Shown here one piece after another: positions 36,823 to 46,346 of a stretch of 64,000 nt of DNA; the first letter of the stretch is position 1; every line of letters starts with the position of its first letter. The notes under the pieces were generated by a model, which saw only the letters and a program-made list of their open reading frames with translations, was not told the origin of the DNA and did no database searches. Both the position numbers and the translations under genes were made by a program. Location of the stretch: assembly GCA_031261485.1 (NCBI GenBank), contig JAISJO010000100.1:4491-68490 (forward strand), written 5' to 3'. This stretch comes from Propionibacteriaceae bacterium (lineage in GTDB: Bacteria > Actinomycetota > Actinomycetes > Propionibacteriales > Propionibacteriaceae).

Positions 36823-36937
36823 CCGCAGATTTGGTACCCCTCTCGCCGCAGATTTGGCACCCCATGCGCCGCAGATTTGGCTAGCGGGGCTCCGCAGGTT
36901 TGGACGGCGTCAGGCCGCAGAATTGGCCGTTCGAATC
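36823..36937. repeat. five direct repeats in exact 23-bp register (12-bp core CCGCAGATTTGG plus 11-bp variable spacer)
   Basis: Cores start at 36823, 36846, 36869, 36892 and 36915. Three are perfect, one is CCGCAGGTTTGG and one is CCGCAGAATTGG. The array lies 30-133 nt upstream of the DUF4143 ATPase start. Confidence 0.9.
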
Positions 36938-36957
36938 GGAACGACCGAGGACTGCCT

Positions 36958-37821
36958 CTAGTCCAGGCTGTACTGGCTGAGCGTGTCCCGCAGGGGGCCG
37001 GTGAGGGGAGTGGGGCGTCCATCGGCGGTTGCGAAGACTGCAACGGCGGCGGCTTGTGCGCAGATCGCGCCGGTGAGTGGGTCGTCCACCTGTGAGGAGA
37101 AAGTCAGCGAGGTATTGCCGATTTTCGCCACGCCCGTTCGCACAATGTACGGGTCTTTGCGCAATGTGACCGACTCAAGGTACCACGCATCTTGTCGCAC
37201 AAGGAACCACATGTATTCGGGTTCGTCGGGCGCGCCCTGCATCCCCCGCAGAGGAGCGGCGGTGAACTGGATACGTCCCTCTTGGACGAAGTCGAAGATC
37301 TTGGCATTGTTGACGTGGTCGTAGGCGTCCACATCGGACCAGCGAACTTTCATTGTGGACACCTTCGCGCGCTCGTTCATGTCGTGCCAGGCGATGGGAC
37401 GCAGAGGCTCGATGGGTTCGAGGATGGAGGCGAACATGTCCTGTGCGTAGTCAGGCAGCGATTTGCGCGTATGGGTGGACAGGTCGTAACCGCACAGCGT
37501 CGTATAGGCGGTGGCAACCTTCGTGTCTGCTTGAAACAGTTTGTACGCCAGGGTCACCGAGTCGTCATCCATGGCGCACACGCCCACGTCGACGAGCAGA
37601 GGGTCGGGGGAGAAGAAACCGGGCGCGCTGTACTCAATCTGATTGGTGACAACGGTAAAGCCTTCCTTCAGCAAGTGGACGATGCCTAACTCATGGAGGA
37701 AATCAGCACGTGCGTCTTGCAGATAGTCAATATAGCGGGCATTGTTGATATGTCCCTGTGCGTCAAGGTCGCCCCAACGCAGCGGAACCTCAATTCTCAC
37801 TGCCCGCCTCCTTGTCGGCAT
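36958..37821 (-). CDS. tandem hot-dog acyl-CoA thioesterase
   Basis: There are two YbgC/4HBT-like repeats (LRWGDLDAQGHINNARY and VRWSDVDAYDHVNNAKI). The start is uncertain (37821 or 37869) and overlaps the end of the upstream ligase gene. Confidence 0.75.
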   Translation of the reverse strand: MPTRRRAVRIEVPLRWGDLDAQGHINNARYIDYLQDARADFLHELGIVHLLKEGFTVVTNQIEYSAPGFFSPDPLLVDVGVCAMDDDSVTLAYKLFQADTKVATAYTTLCGYDLSTHTRKSLPDYAQDMFASILEPIEPLRPIAWHDMNERAKVSTMKVRWSDVDAYDHVNNAKIFDFVQEGRIQFTAAPLRGMQGAPDEPEYMWFLVRQDAWYLESVTLRKDPYIVRTGVAKIGNTSLTFSSQVDDPLTGAICAQAAAVAVFATADGRPTPLTGPLRDTLSQYSLD

Positions 37822-39661
37822 TGTCGTCGAAGAGACCGTCGACGATGTCTTGGTACATGGCAATGACATTGCGGCGCTTGATCTTGAGGGATTCGGTCAC
37901 CGCGCCGGATTCGACAGTCAACTGAGTGTCAAGAATGGCGTATTGTTTCACTGTCTCCCAGCGCTCCAAATGCTCATTGGCTTTGGCCACGTACTTGTCG
38001 ATGCTCGCTCTGATGCGCGGTTCCCGTGTCAACTCTTCGTACGTCGCCTTGGCGTGACCGTGGTTGTGGCCCCACTTCATGAGCAGGTCGCGGTCCAGGA
38101 CCAGCAAAGCACCAATGTACTTATGTCCATCGCCCACGGCAATTGCTTGTTCAATGTAGGGGATATTGGCCATGAGGGCAGCCTCGACTTTGGCTGGTGC
38201 GACGTACTTCCCGCCCGAGGTCTTCATGAGGTCCTTCTTGCGGTCAGTGATTCTCAGACCGCCGTCGTCGCCGAGGTAACCGATGTCACCAGTGTGCAAC
38301 CAACCGTCGGGCTCCAGAACCTCAGCGGTGGCCTCGGGCTTCTTGTGGTACCCGTCCATGACCAGGGGCGCTCTCATCAGAACTTCGCCGTCGTCGGCGA
38401 CCTTTACTTCCAAGCCGGGGATGGGCGCGCCCAGGGAACCGAAAGCAGGAGTCTTGTAGTGGTTGACCGCGTTGACCGTGGCAGTTTCCGTCATGCCGTA
38501 CCCCTCGACAACGATGATGCCAGCGGCATAGAACCACTTCTGCACTTGCGGGCTGAGTTTCGCGGCGCCCGAAATCATGAAGCGGATGTTGCCGCCCATC
38601 TGTTCGCGCAGTTTTGAGAATACGAGCTTGTCAGCGACGGCAAAACGCGCGGCCAGAAGGGGAGGCAGGGGTTTGCCAGCCAAGCGATAGGGAACAGACC
38701 GATACCCCTGGGCAAAGGACCAATGCGCAATGCGTCCCTTGATTCCGCGGGACGTGTCACCGGTCAGCATGGCCGCACGCACCTTCTCGAAAATGCGAGG
38801 AACCCCGCACATGAAGGACGGTTTGACGATGCCGAGGTTTTCCACGATCCGGTCGATGCGCCCGTCGATGGCGGTGCGGAAACCATACTTTACTTGGAAA
38901 GCCATCATGGACTTGCCGAATGAGTGGCTCAGGGGCAGCCAGAGATAGGCCAAGAGGTCGGGGGTGACGAGTTCCATCAGTTCGACGGACTCAGTGAGGA
39001 AGGTCCATGCGCCGTGCTTGAGGCGCACACCCTTGGGCTGACCCGTGGTGCCCGAGGTGTAGATGAGCGTGGCGAGCGAGTCCTTGGTGGTGGCAGCGAG
39101 GCGGTCGTTCACGCTTGTCGGATGTGCTTCGAGGTAATCGCGGCCCTGAGCGAGGAAGTCCTCGAAGGTGACCACACGGCCCCCATCAGAGTTGCCGTCC
39201 ATGACGACGATGGTGTCAATGACATCGTCCAGCTCGTGGTGCGCGGTGATCTTCTCGACCTGGGACCAGTCCTCCGCGACGGCCAGGCGAGTGTCTGAAT
39301 CAGACAAGATGTAATTGACGTCGCCGACCTGGGTGTTCGGGTAAATGGTGGTGGTCGCACATCCGGCGAGCGCGATGCCATAGTCAGCCAACGCCCATTC
39401 GATACGAGTCTTGGCAATGATGCTGACGCGATCTTCGGGGGCCAGGCCATGTGCGAGCAGCGCGGCTGCAAAGGCGAAGGCACGCTCACCGACTTCGGTC
39501 CACGTCATCTCCAGCCAGTTCTCGTCCTTGTCAGGGTAGAGGAAAGCTTGTGCATCGGGGGCGATGCGGATGCGCTCGACCAACATGGCTCCCAGGGATT
39601 GGGCGGCGCGTTCGTAAAGCTGAGCTTGAAGCTCGGCGGTGCCCTCAGGTGTGGACTGCAT
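37790..39661 (-). CDS. long-chain fatty-acid--CoA ligase (AMP-dependent synthetase)
   Basis: The AMP-binding motif IYTSGTTGQPKGV plus GYGMTET and GWLHTGDIG are present. The ATG at 39661 follows AGGAGA. Confidence 0.85.
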   Translation of the reverse strand: MQSTPEGTAELQAQLYERAAQSLGAMLVERIRIAPDAQAFLYPDKDENWLEMTWTEVGERAFAFAAALLAHGLAPEDRVSIIAKTRIEWALADYGIALAGCATTTIYPNTQVGDVNYILSDSDTRLAVAEDWSQVEKITAHHELDDVIDTIVVMDGNSDGGRVVTFEDFLAQGRDYLEAHPTSVNDRLAATTKDSLATLIYTSGTTGQPKGVRLKHGAWTFLTESVELMELVTPDLLAYLWLPLSHSFGKSMMAFQVKYGFRTAIDGRIDRIVENLGIVKPSFMCGVPRIFEKVRAAMLTGDTSRGIKGRIAHWSFAQGYRSVPYRLAGKPLPPLLAARFAVADKLVFSKLREQMGGNIRFMISGAAKLSPQVQKWFYAAGIIVVEGYGMTETATVNAVNHYKTPAFGSLGAPIPGLEVKVADDGEVLMRAPLVMDGYHKKPEATAEVLEPDGWLHTGDIGYLGDDGGLRITDRKKDLMKTSGGKYVAPAKVEAALMANIPYIEQAIAVGDGHKYIGALLVLDRDLLMKWGHNHGHAKATYEELTREPRIRASIDKYVAKANEHLERWETVKQYAILDTQLTVESGAVTESLKIKRRNVIAMYQDIVDGLFDDNADKEAGSEN

Positions 39662-39843
39662 CATTCTCCTTTTCTGCATGGAATCAGGGGAGTCTCGAAG
39701 GAATCTTCCCACATCCAAGTTACGGTTGCGTAGGTTAGTGTACTCGTCCTAATCGACATACGGCATGGCTATCTCAAGCCTAGTGGATGAACTGAGATAT
39801 GAGTTCTTGGCGGGCCAAGTCTGACAAATGAGAGGATAGAGCG

Positions 39844-42666
39844 GTGAGCTTGGACGATTTCCTTCACCGACTGGGACCGGATTCCTGTGTGGACGTTTCC
39901 GCGTTGGCGCGTGGGTTGTACTCGACGGACGCTTCTTTGTATCGCGTGGTGCCGGGTGCGGTGGCGACGCCTCGGACGGTGGACGAGTTGTTGGAGGTCA
40001 TTGACGCGGCTCGGGAGACTGGGGTGCCGATCACGGCGCGCGGGGCGGGTACATCGTGCGCGGGCAACGCTGTGGGACCGGGCGTGGTCATCGACATGCG
40101 CCGGCACCTGAACGCCATCCGCCACATCGACCCAGATGCTCGAACCGCAGTGGTCGAGCCGGGGGTGGTGCAGGAGACTTTGCAGTCAGCCGTGCGGCAA
40201 TATGGGTTGCGATTCGGGCCCGACCCGTCGACGTCGACTCGGTGCACGATTGGCGGGATAATTGGTAACAATGCGTGTGGCCCTCGGGCTTTGGGGTATG
40301 GAACGGGCGCGGCGAACCTGGTCGACGCCGATGTCGTTCTGGGGACGGGGGAGCGGGTGTCGTTAGGGACGTACGCGCCTGCTGAGCTGTTTGACCTTGT
40401 GGACTCGCATTTGGGTGTCATCCGCACGCAGTTCGGCCGCTTCTCTCGCCAAGTCTCTGGGTACTCTTTGGAACATCTCTTGCCTGAGAAGGGGCGCAAT
40501 GTGCCTCGCTTCTTTGCTGGCTCTGAGGGGACGCTCGGCATTGCCACTGGCCTGACTGTCCGACTCGTCGAAGACCCTGCGCACACCCTGACTCTGGCGC
40601 TTGGGTACCCTTCGATGGCTGACGCGGCGGATGCTGTGACGAGCGTACTGCCGTACACTCCTGTTGCCGTGGAGGGGATGGATTCTCGGCTCGTGGAGAT
40701 TGTGCGCCTCGGTGGGGGTTTCGTTCCCGATTTGCCGCGCGGTGAAGGGTGGATGTTCATTGAGCTTGCTGGCGACGATGAGAAAGAGCTTGTCAGCCGA
40801 GGGAATGCGCTCATCGCATCGGCCGGGGCTCTCGAAGGGTGGGTCGTTGAAGACAAGGTCCTGGCTGCTCGATTGTGGTCCCTGCGTTCGGACGGGGCGG
40901 GATTGGCCGGGGTCAGTTTGGAGAAGCCTGCGTACCCTGGTTGGGAGGATGCGGCGGTGCCGCCCGAGCGCCTGGGCGCTTACCTACGCGATTTCGAGGC
41001 ACTGTTGGAACAATACGGGTTCCACTCCTTGCCCTATGGGCATTTCGGCGAGGGATGTGTGCATGCGCGCATCGACTTCCCATTGACGAGCAAAGGTGGG
41101 GCAGCCCGTTACCGCGAATTCGTGACTGAGTGCGCCCGTCTGGTCGCCAGCTATGGTGGTTCGTTGTCTGGGGAGCATGGTGATGGGCGGGCTCGCTCTG
41201 AGCTGCTGCCGTTGATGTATAGCGCCGAGGCGCTGGGGCTATTTGGTGCTGTCAAGCACATCTTCGACCCGAAGAATCTGCTGAATCCTGGTGTCTTGGT
41301 TGACCCGGCGCCCGTGGATGAGGCCATTCGGTATTCGGGCGTCATTGACTCTCCACTGGCCAAGGCCCATCCCCACTTTTCCGCTCAAGTACATCGGTGC
41401 ACAGGCGTGGGCAAGTGTGTGGCGGCTCATCCGGTGGGGGTGATGTGCCCGTCGTACCAGGCCACGCGCGAGGAGAAGGATTCGACCAGAGGCCGCGCTC
41501 GTATCCTGCAAGAAATGGTCAATGGGTCTTTGATCCATGGTTGGGATTCTCCTGAAGTGGAGGCGGCTCTCGACCTGTGCTTGGGATGTAAGGGGTGCGC
41601 GACTGATTGTCCAACGGGGGTGGACATGGCCTCCGCGAAGTCTTATGTCTTGTCGCAGCGGTACCGCAAGAAGGTGCGTCCGACAAGCCATTATGTCCTG
41701 GGTTGGTTGCCTCGTTGGGGTCGACTCGTGTCTGCGTTGCACTTGGGTCCGCTGGCCAATTCGCTGCTGGGGGCTCCGGGTGTTGGGGCCTTGGCGAAGA
41801 GGGTCGCAGGAGTGGATCCGCGTCGGCCCTTGCCGAAGTTCTCGTTCGGGTCGGCTCGGGCTTCGGGGTCTCGGCTCGTGTCGTCGGGTGGGGGGCCGGG
41901 TTCAGGGCGGCGGACGACGGTTCGGACAGGCAGCAATGCGCATGTACGAGCGAAGGGTTCGGTGCCAGACCGTGGTCCTGTGGCGATTTGGGTGGATTCG
42001 TTCACCGATTCCTTCCAATCCACGGCGCTTCCTGCGCTGGTCAAAGTGCTCTTGGCTGCGGGATACACACCCACGGTCATCACGGAAACCGCGTGCTGTG
42101 GGCTGACCTGGATCACAACCGGGCAGAGGGACGCCGCCGCTCGCCAGATTCGTCATGCCCTTGAGGTCCTGGCTCCCATCGCGGAACGGGGAACGCCCAT
42201 TGTGGGAATGGAACCGTCGTGCATCGCGGTGTGGCGCTCGGATGCCTCCGAGTTGCTGGACGATCCGCGTGTGGCGAGCGTGAGTGGTGCTATCCGAACC
42301 CTCGCCGAACTCTTGGGCCAGTCCGACTGGAGACCGCCTGACTTGGCCGGGCATGAGATTGTCGCTCAACCTCACTGCCACCATGCGTCCGTCCTGGGTT
42401 GGGAAGCTGACGCGGCGCTGCTTGGCCGAATGGGGGCGAAGGTCACCACACTGGGCGGATGCTGTGGGTTGGCCGGCAATTTCGGGGTCGAGCAGGGGCA
42501 TTACGAAACGTCGCTTGCTGTCGCTGAGAACGAACTGTTACCCGCTCTACGGGCGAATCCTCACGCCATCGTTCTCGCAGACGGGTTTTCTTGTCGCAAG
42601 CAGGTGTCAGACCTCACCCGTCGTCAGGCGATGACCATGGCTGAGTTGATTGCTGCCCATCTGTGA
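39844..42666 (+). CDS. fused FAD-linked oxidase (GlcD-like), 4Fe-4S and CCG-domain (GlcF-like) oxidoreductase
   Basis: An FAD PCMH domain (ARGAGTSCAGNAVG) is followed by Fe-S motifs (CTGVGKCVAAHP...MCPS; CLGCKGCATDCP) and C-terminal Cys-rich CCG repeats (ETACCGL, GGCCGLAG). Confidence 0.85.
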   Translation: MSLDDFLHRLGPDSCVDVSALARGLYSTDASLYRVVPGAVATPRTVDELLEVIDAARETGVPITARGAGTSCAGNAVGPGVVIDMRRHLNAIRHIDPDARTAVVEPGVVQETLQSAVRQYGLRFGPDPSTSTRCTIGGIIGNNACGPRALGYGTGAANLVDADVVLGTGERVSLGTYAPAELFDLVDSHLGVIRTQFGRFSRQVSGYSLEHLLPEKGRNVPRFFAGSEGTLGIATGLTVRLVEDPAHTLTLALGYPSMADAADAVTSVLPYTPVAVEGMDSRLVEIVRLGGGFVPDLPRGEGWMFIELAGDDEKELVSRGNALIASAGALEGWVVEDKVLAARLWSLRSDGAGLAGVSLEKPAYPGWEDAAVPPERLGAYLRDFEALLEQYGFHSLPYGHFGEGCVHARIDFPLTSKGGAARYREFVTECARLVASYGGSLSGEHGDGRARSELLPLMYSAEALGLFGAVKHIFDPKNLLNPGVLVDPAPVDEAIRYSGVIDSPLAKAHPHFSAQVHRCTGVGKCVAAHPVGVMCPSYQATREEKDSTRGRARILQEMVNGSLIHGWDSPEVEAALDLCLGCKGCATDCPTGVDMASAKSYVLSQRYRKKVRPTSHYVLGWLPRWGRLVSALHLGPLANSLLGAPGVGALAKRVAGVDPRRPLPKFSFGSARASGSRLVSSGGGPGSGRRTTVRTGSNAHVRAKGSVPDRGPVAIWVDSFTDSFQSTALPALVKVLLAAGYTPTVITETACCGLTWITTGQRDAAARQIRHALEVLAPIAERGTPIVGMEPSCIAVWRSDASELLDDPRVASVSGAIRTLAELLGQSDWRPPDLAGHEIVAQPHCHHASVLGWEADAALLGRMGAKVTTLGGCCGLAGNFGVEQGHYETSLAVAENELLPALRANPHAIVLADGFSCRKQVSDLTRRQAMTMAELIAAHL

Positions 42667-42702
42667 TGGTTCGGAAACCACAGATTATCGGCCATTCCAA
42701 CT

Positions 42703-42724
42703 GTCATCCTGCGCGCAGAATGAC
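42703..42724. repeat. REP-like palindrome, copy c
   Basis: gtcatcctgcgcgcagaatgac is a near-perfect palindrome 37 nt after the oxidoreductase stop. Confidence 0.8.
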
Positions 42725-42786
42725 GACATGCGTCAATCAGTGTTTCATTGACGGACACTTGGGCGGCAAGCGGTGAAGTAACCTTC

Positions 42787-43884
42787 TTACTTGCGTCTCG
42801 GCGCCTGCCCACGGCGGTAGGGCCCAGCCATCGGTGAAGGCGCGCCCAAGGCGGCCGCAGCTTGTTCAGGCCAACCCGGGTTTCGCAGGGCTTCACGTCC
42901 AATCATGACCGCGTCGGCCTGGCCGGAACGCAGAATCTGCTCGGCGGCGCCGGGCTCTGTGATGAGTCCAACTGCCGTCGTGGGAATGTCCGCCTCGGTC
43001 CGTACCCTCTGAGCGAAGGAGACCTGATACCCCGGTCCAATCGGAATAGAAGCGTTGACATTGCCGCCTGTTGACACATCGATGAGGTCGACACCGAGGG
43101 CCCTCAACTCTTTGGCCAGGGCCACGGTGTCGTCGCCATTCCATCCGCCGTCTGTCCAATCTGTGGCTGACAAGCGCATGAAGAGCGGCTTGGAGTCGGG
43201 CCAGACGGCGCGGACTGCCTGCGTGACCTCGCGGATGAGGCGCGTCCTGCCCTCGAAATCACCGCCGTACTCGTCGGTGCGCGTGTTGGTCAGGGGGGAG
43301 TAGAACTGGTGAAGGAGGTACCCATGTGCGCCATGAATCTCCACGACATCGATACCCGCCTTGTCGGCGCGGATGGCGGCCTGCGCGAACAGGCCAGGAA
43401 TCTGGGCGACTTCGGCGGTCGTGAGCGCGCGAGGAGTCACCCAATCGGCGGCAGGTTCATCGCCGGGACCCACAGGTATCCATCCGCCCTGGTCAACGGG
43501 CTGGACGCCGACAGGGAAGCGTGGATTGTCGGGCCACGACGACCCTTTCCGTCCGGAGTGTTGGAGTTGCACAGCGACAGCTGCGCCCTGGGCGTGACAG
43601 AAGTCCACAACCCGACGGAAGGGCTCAACCTGCGAATCGTCCCACAGTCCGAGGTCGCCTGGCGTGATGCGGCCCTCAGGAACAATTCCCGTGGCCTCCA
43701 TGACGAGTAGGCCGAATCCCTGTGCAGCGCGGGCACCATAGTGGACAAGGTGCCAATCAGTGGGTTTCCCGTCGCGGGTGTCCACCATGTACTGGCACAT
43801 GGGTGGCATCCACACCCGGTTCCGAACAGTCAGATCGCGCAAAGTGATGGGGTCGAAGAGCATGTCGTACCTTTCCGCATACAA
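42787..43884 (-). CDS. NADPH-dependent Old Yellow Enzyme family flavin oxidoreductase (NamA-like)
   Basis: NRVWMPPMCQY, HSGRKGS and HGAHGYLLHQFYSPLTNTRTDEYGG match the OYE family. Confidence 0.88.
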   Translation of the reverse strand: MYAERYDMLFDPITLRDLTVRNRVWMPPMCQYMVDTRDGKPTDWHLVHYGARAAQGFGLLVMEATGIVPEGRITPGDLGLWDDSQVEPFRRVVDFCHAQGAAVAVQLQHSGRKGSSWPDNPRFPVGVQPVDQGGWIPVGPGDEPAADWVTPRALTTAEVAQIPGLFAQAAIRADKAGIDVVEIHGAHGYLLHQFYSPLTNTRTDEYGGDFEGRTRLIREVTQAVRAVWPDSKPLFMRLSATDWTDGGWNGDDTVALAKELRALGVDLIDVSTGGNVNASIPIGPGYQVSFAQRVRTEADIPTTAVGLITEPGAAEQILRSGQADAVMIGREALRNPGWPEQAAAALGAPSPMAGPYRRGQAPRRK

Positions 43885-43959
43885 GTCTAGTCGCGGACGT
43901 GGCGCTGGGGACGACTGGTCTCAGTTCTGGGTCGGTGTCCCCAAGCCCGCGTGAGGCCC

Positions 43960-45642
43960 CTACCCCCTCGTCAGTTTGCGGTGGGTGGTGCGATGGGGGC
44001 GCGCTGCTTCGACGCCGAGGCGGGACACCTTGTTTGCCTCATAGTCCTCGAAGTTGCCTTCGAACCAGAACCACTTGCCGGAGTCCTCGTCGTCGCCTTC
44101 CCACGCAAGTATGTGGGTCGCCACGCGATTGAGGAACCAGCGATCATGGGAGATGACTACCGCGCAGCCGGGGTACTCCAGGAGGGCGTCTTCGAGAGAC
44201 TGGAGGGTTTCGACGTCGAGGTCATTGGTGGGTTCGTCCAGGAGCAGAACATTGCCGCCCTGTTTGAGGGTCAACGCCAGGTTGAGGCGGTTGCGCTCTC
44301 CACCGGAGAGTACACCAGCGAGTTTCTGCTGGTCAGGGCCCTTGAAACCGAAGCTGGCCACGTACGCCCGGGACGGCATTTCGTAGGACCCGACTTTGAT
44401 GAAGTCGAGGGTGTCTGAGACGACCTCCCACACATTCTTGTCCGGCGCGATGCCAGAACGGCCCTGATCCACATAGGAGAACTTGACGGTTTGGCCAACC
44501 TTGACCGTTCCCGCATCGGGCTTCTCTTCGCCGATGAGCATCTTGAACAGAGTCGTCTTGCCCACGCCGTTCGGGCCGATGACACCGACGATTCCCGCTC
44601 TCGGCAAGGAGAACGACAGCCCATCGATGAGAACGCGGTCATCGAAACCCTTGACCAGCTTCTTCACCTCAATGACGTCGGAGCCCAGGCGAGGACCTGC
44701 AGGAATATTGATTTCCGCCAGGTCCAAGGGCTTGTTGCGTTCCGCTTCCGTTGCCAGTTCCTCGTACCGCGCAAGACGGGCCTTGGACTTCGCCTGGCGG
44801 GCTTTGGGATTAGCCCGCACCCATTCCAGTTCGCGCTCCAACATCTTGGCCCTCTTGGCGTCCTTCTTGCCCTCAATCTGCAGACGGGCGCGCTTGGTTT
44901 CAAGGTACGTGGAGTAGTTGCCCTCGTACGGGTGCAACTGCCCACGATCCACTTCGCCAATCCAGCCCACCACGTTGTCGAGGAAGTACCGATCATGAGT
45001 GACGAGCAGCACAGCCCCAGGGTAGTTCTTCAGATGGCCTTCCAGCCACGAGACCGATTCAGCGTCCAAGTGGTTGGTTGGCTCGTCCAGCAGCAGCAGG
45101 TCCGGTTGCTGCAGCAGGAGCTTGCACAAGGCCACCCGTCGGCGCTCGCCACCGGAAAGGATGTCCACATTCGCGTCGGGTTCCGGGCACCGCAAGGCGT
45201 CCATCGCCTGGTCCAATTGCGCGTCGATGTCCCAAGCCTGGCTGTGGTCCAATTCCTCTTGCAACTCACCCATCTCGGCCAAGAGGGCGTCAAAATCAGC
45301 TTCAGGATCGGCCATGGCGGCCGATATTTCGTTGAAGCGGTCCAGCTTCGCGTAGGTGTCGGCCACAGCCTCCTTGATGTTCTCAAGGACTGTCACGCCC
45401 GGCGTCAACGGTGGCTCTTGGAGGAGGATTCCAACCGTGGCGTCCTTAGCCAAGTACACTTCGCCGTTGTTCGGCTTCTCCAATCCTGCCATGAGCTTGA
45501 GCAAAGTGGACTTGCCAGCGCCATTAGGCCCAACGACGCCAATCTTCGCTCCTGGCAGGAAGCTCATGGTGAGATTCTCGAAAATCACCTTGTCGCCCAG
45601 CGTCTTGCGCACGTTGTGCATCGTGAGAATGAACTCAGCCAT
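43960..45642 (-). CDS. ettA: ABC-F translational throttle protein EttA
   Basis: MAEFILTMHNVRK is followed by two ABC cassettes (GPNGAGKST/LSGGERRR and GPNGVGKTT/LSGGERNR), about 560 aa in total. Confidence 0.92.
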   Translation of the reverse strand: MAEFILTMHNVRKTLGDKVIFENLTMSFLPGAKIGVVGPNGAGKSTLLKLMAGLEKPNNGEVYLAKDATVGILLQEPPLTPGVTVLENIKEAVADTYAKLDRFNEISAAMADPEADFDALLAEMGELQEELDHSQAWDIDAQLDQAMDALRCPEPDANVDILSGGERRRVALCKLLLQQPDLLLLDEPTNHLDAESVSWLEGHLKNYPGAVLLVTHDRYFLDNVVGWIGEVDRGQLHPYEGNYSTYLETKRARLQIEGKKDAKRAKMLERELEWVRANPKARQAKSKARLARYEELATEAERNKPLDLAEINIPAGPRLGSDVIEVKKLVKGFDDRVLIDGLSFSLPRAGIVGVIGPNGVGKTTLFKMLIGEEKPDAGTVKVGQTVKFSYVDQGRSGIAPDKNVWEVVSDTLDFIKVGSYEMPSRAYVASFGFKGPDQQKLAGVLSGGERNRLNLALTLKQGGNVLLLDEPTNDLDVETLQSLEDALLEYPGCAVVISHDRWFLNRVATHILAWEGDDEDSGKWFWFEGNFEDYEANKVSRLGVEAARPHRTTHRKLTRG

Positions 45643-45743
45643 GGTTGTCCTCGCCTCTGGTCCTGACAATTTGCCTATGGACCGAGGAACCATTATGCCG
45701 TAGAAGCCAAGGACTCACTCATTCGTGTGGGCGCGGCACCGAC

Positions 45744-46277
45744 TCAGGCAGCCGCGTCAGCGAGTGCATCCTCCGCAGTGTCGGCCTTCTCGACGAGCTG
45801 TGTGTCATCTTCCGCGAACTCATCAGTAGTCTCGGTCGCGGCCAGGTCATCACCCGCGTCCGTGAGGGTCTCGTCAGCATCGGCTTTGGGACGCTCATCC
45901 TGCTTGTGGTCCCCATACGGTTTGAAAGGCGTCTTCCTGAACGTGGCCGTTCCGCGCCGCAGGTCGTGTCCGACGGTGTCAGCCTCCAGGACGGTCCGCT
46001 CATGGTTCTGACCAGTTTTGTCCACCCATGCCTGCGTGCGCACCCGTCCCTCCACAAAGACCGGGTCGCCTTTGAAGACGCTGTCCGACACATTCTGGGC
46101 CAGGTCTCGATAGCAGACCACAGTCGTCCACGTCGTGTTGCCATCTGCCCATGACTCCCCACGCTTCACACGCGGAGTCGTCCCCACCCGGAATGTGGCG
46201 AAAGCCTGACCTGCCTTGGTCGTCTTCTTCTCAATTTCATTGCCAACATATCCTGTCAGCGTCACGGTTGATTCCAT
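45744..46277 (-). CDS. ssb: single-stranded DNA-binding protein paralog (SsbB-like, lacks the canonical acidic ...PF tip)
   Basis: The OB fold reads VTLTGYVGNE...TTWTTVVCYRDLAQNV...GDPVFVEGRVRTQAW. The tail ends ...EDALADAAA rather than D-D-x-P-F. Confidence 0.85.
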   Translation of the reverse strand: MESTVTLTGYVGNEIEKKTTKAGQAFATFRVGTTPRVKRGESWADGNTTWTTVVCYRDLAQNVSDSVFKGDPVFVEGRVRTQAWVDKTGQNHERTVLEADTVGHDLRRGTATFRKTPFKPYGDHKQDERPKADADETLTDAGDDLAATETTDEFAEDDTQLVEKADTAEDALADAAA

Positions 46278-46346
46278 CTGAACTCCTTTCACCGCTATGG
46301 GGACTATGGAGCTACTGGTGGAGAGCTGGACCACAAGAGACGAATC

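Noticed and set aside
36823-36937. CRISPR array interpretation of the 23-bp repeats
   Set aside because: The 12-bp cores and 11-bp spacers are far too short for CRISPR repeats and spacers, and no cas genes are nearby.
44491-45666. 391-aa plus-strand ORF
   Set aside because: It is antisense to ettA, whose double ABC-F motifs are unambiguous. This is a shadow ORF.
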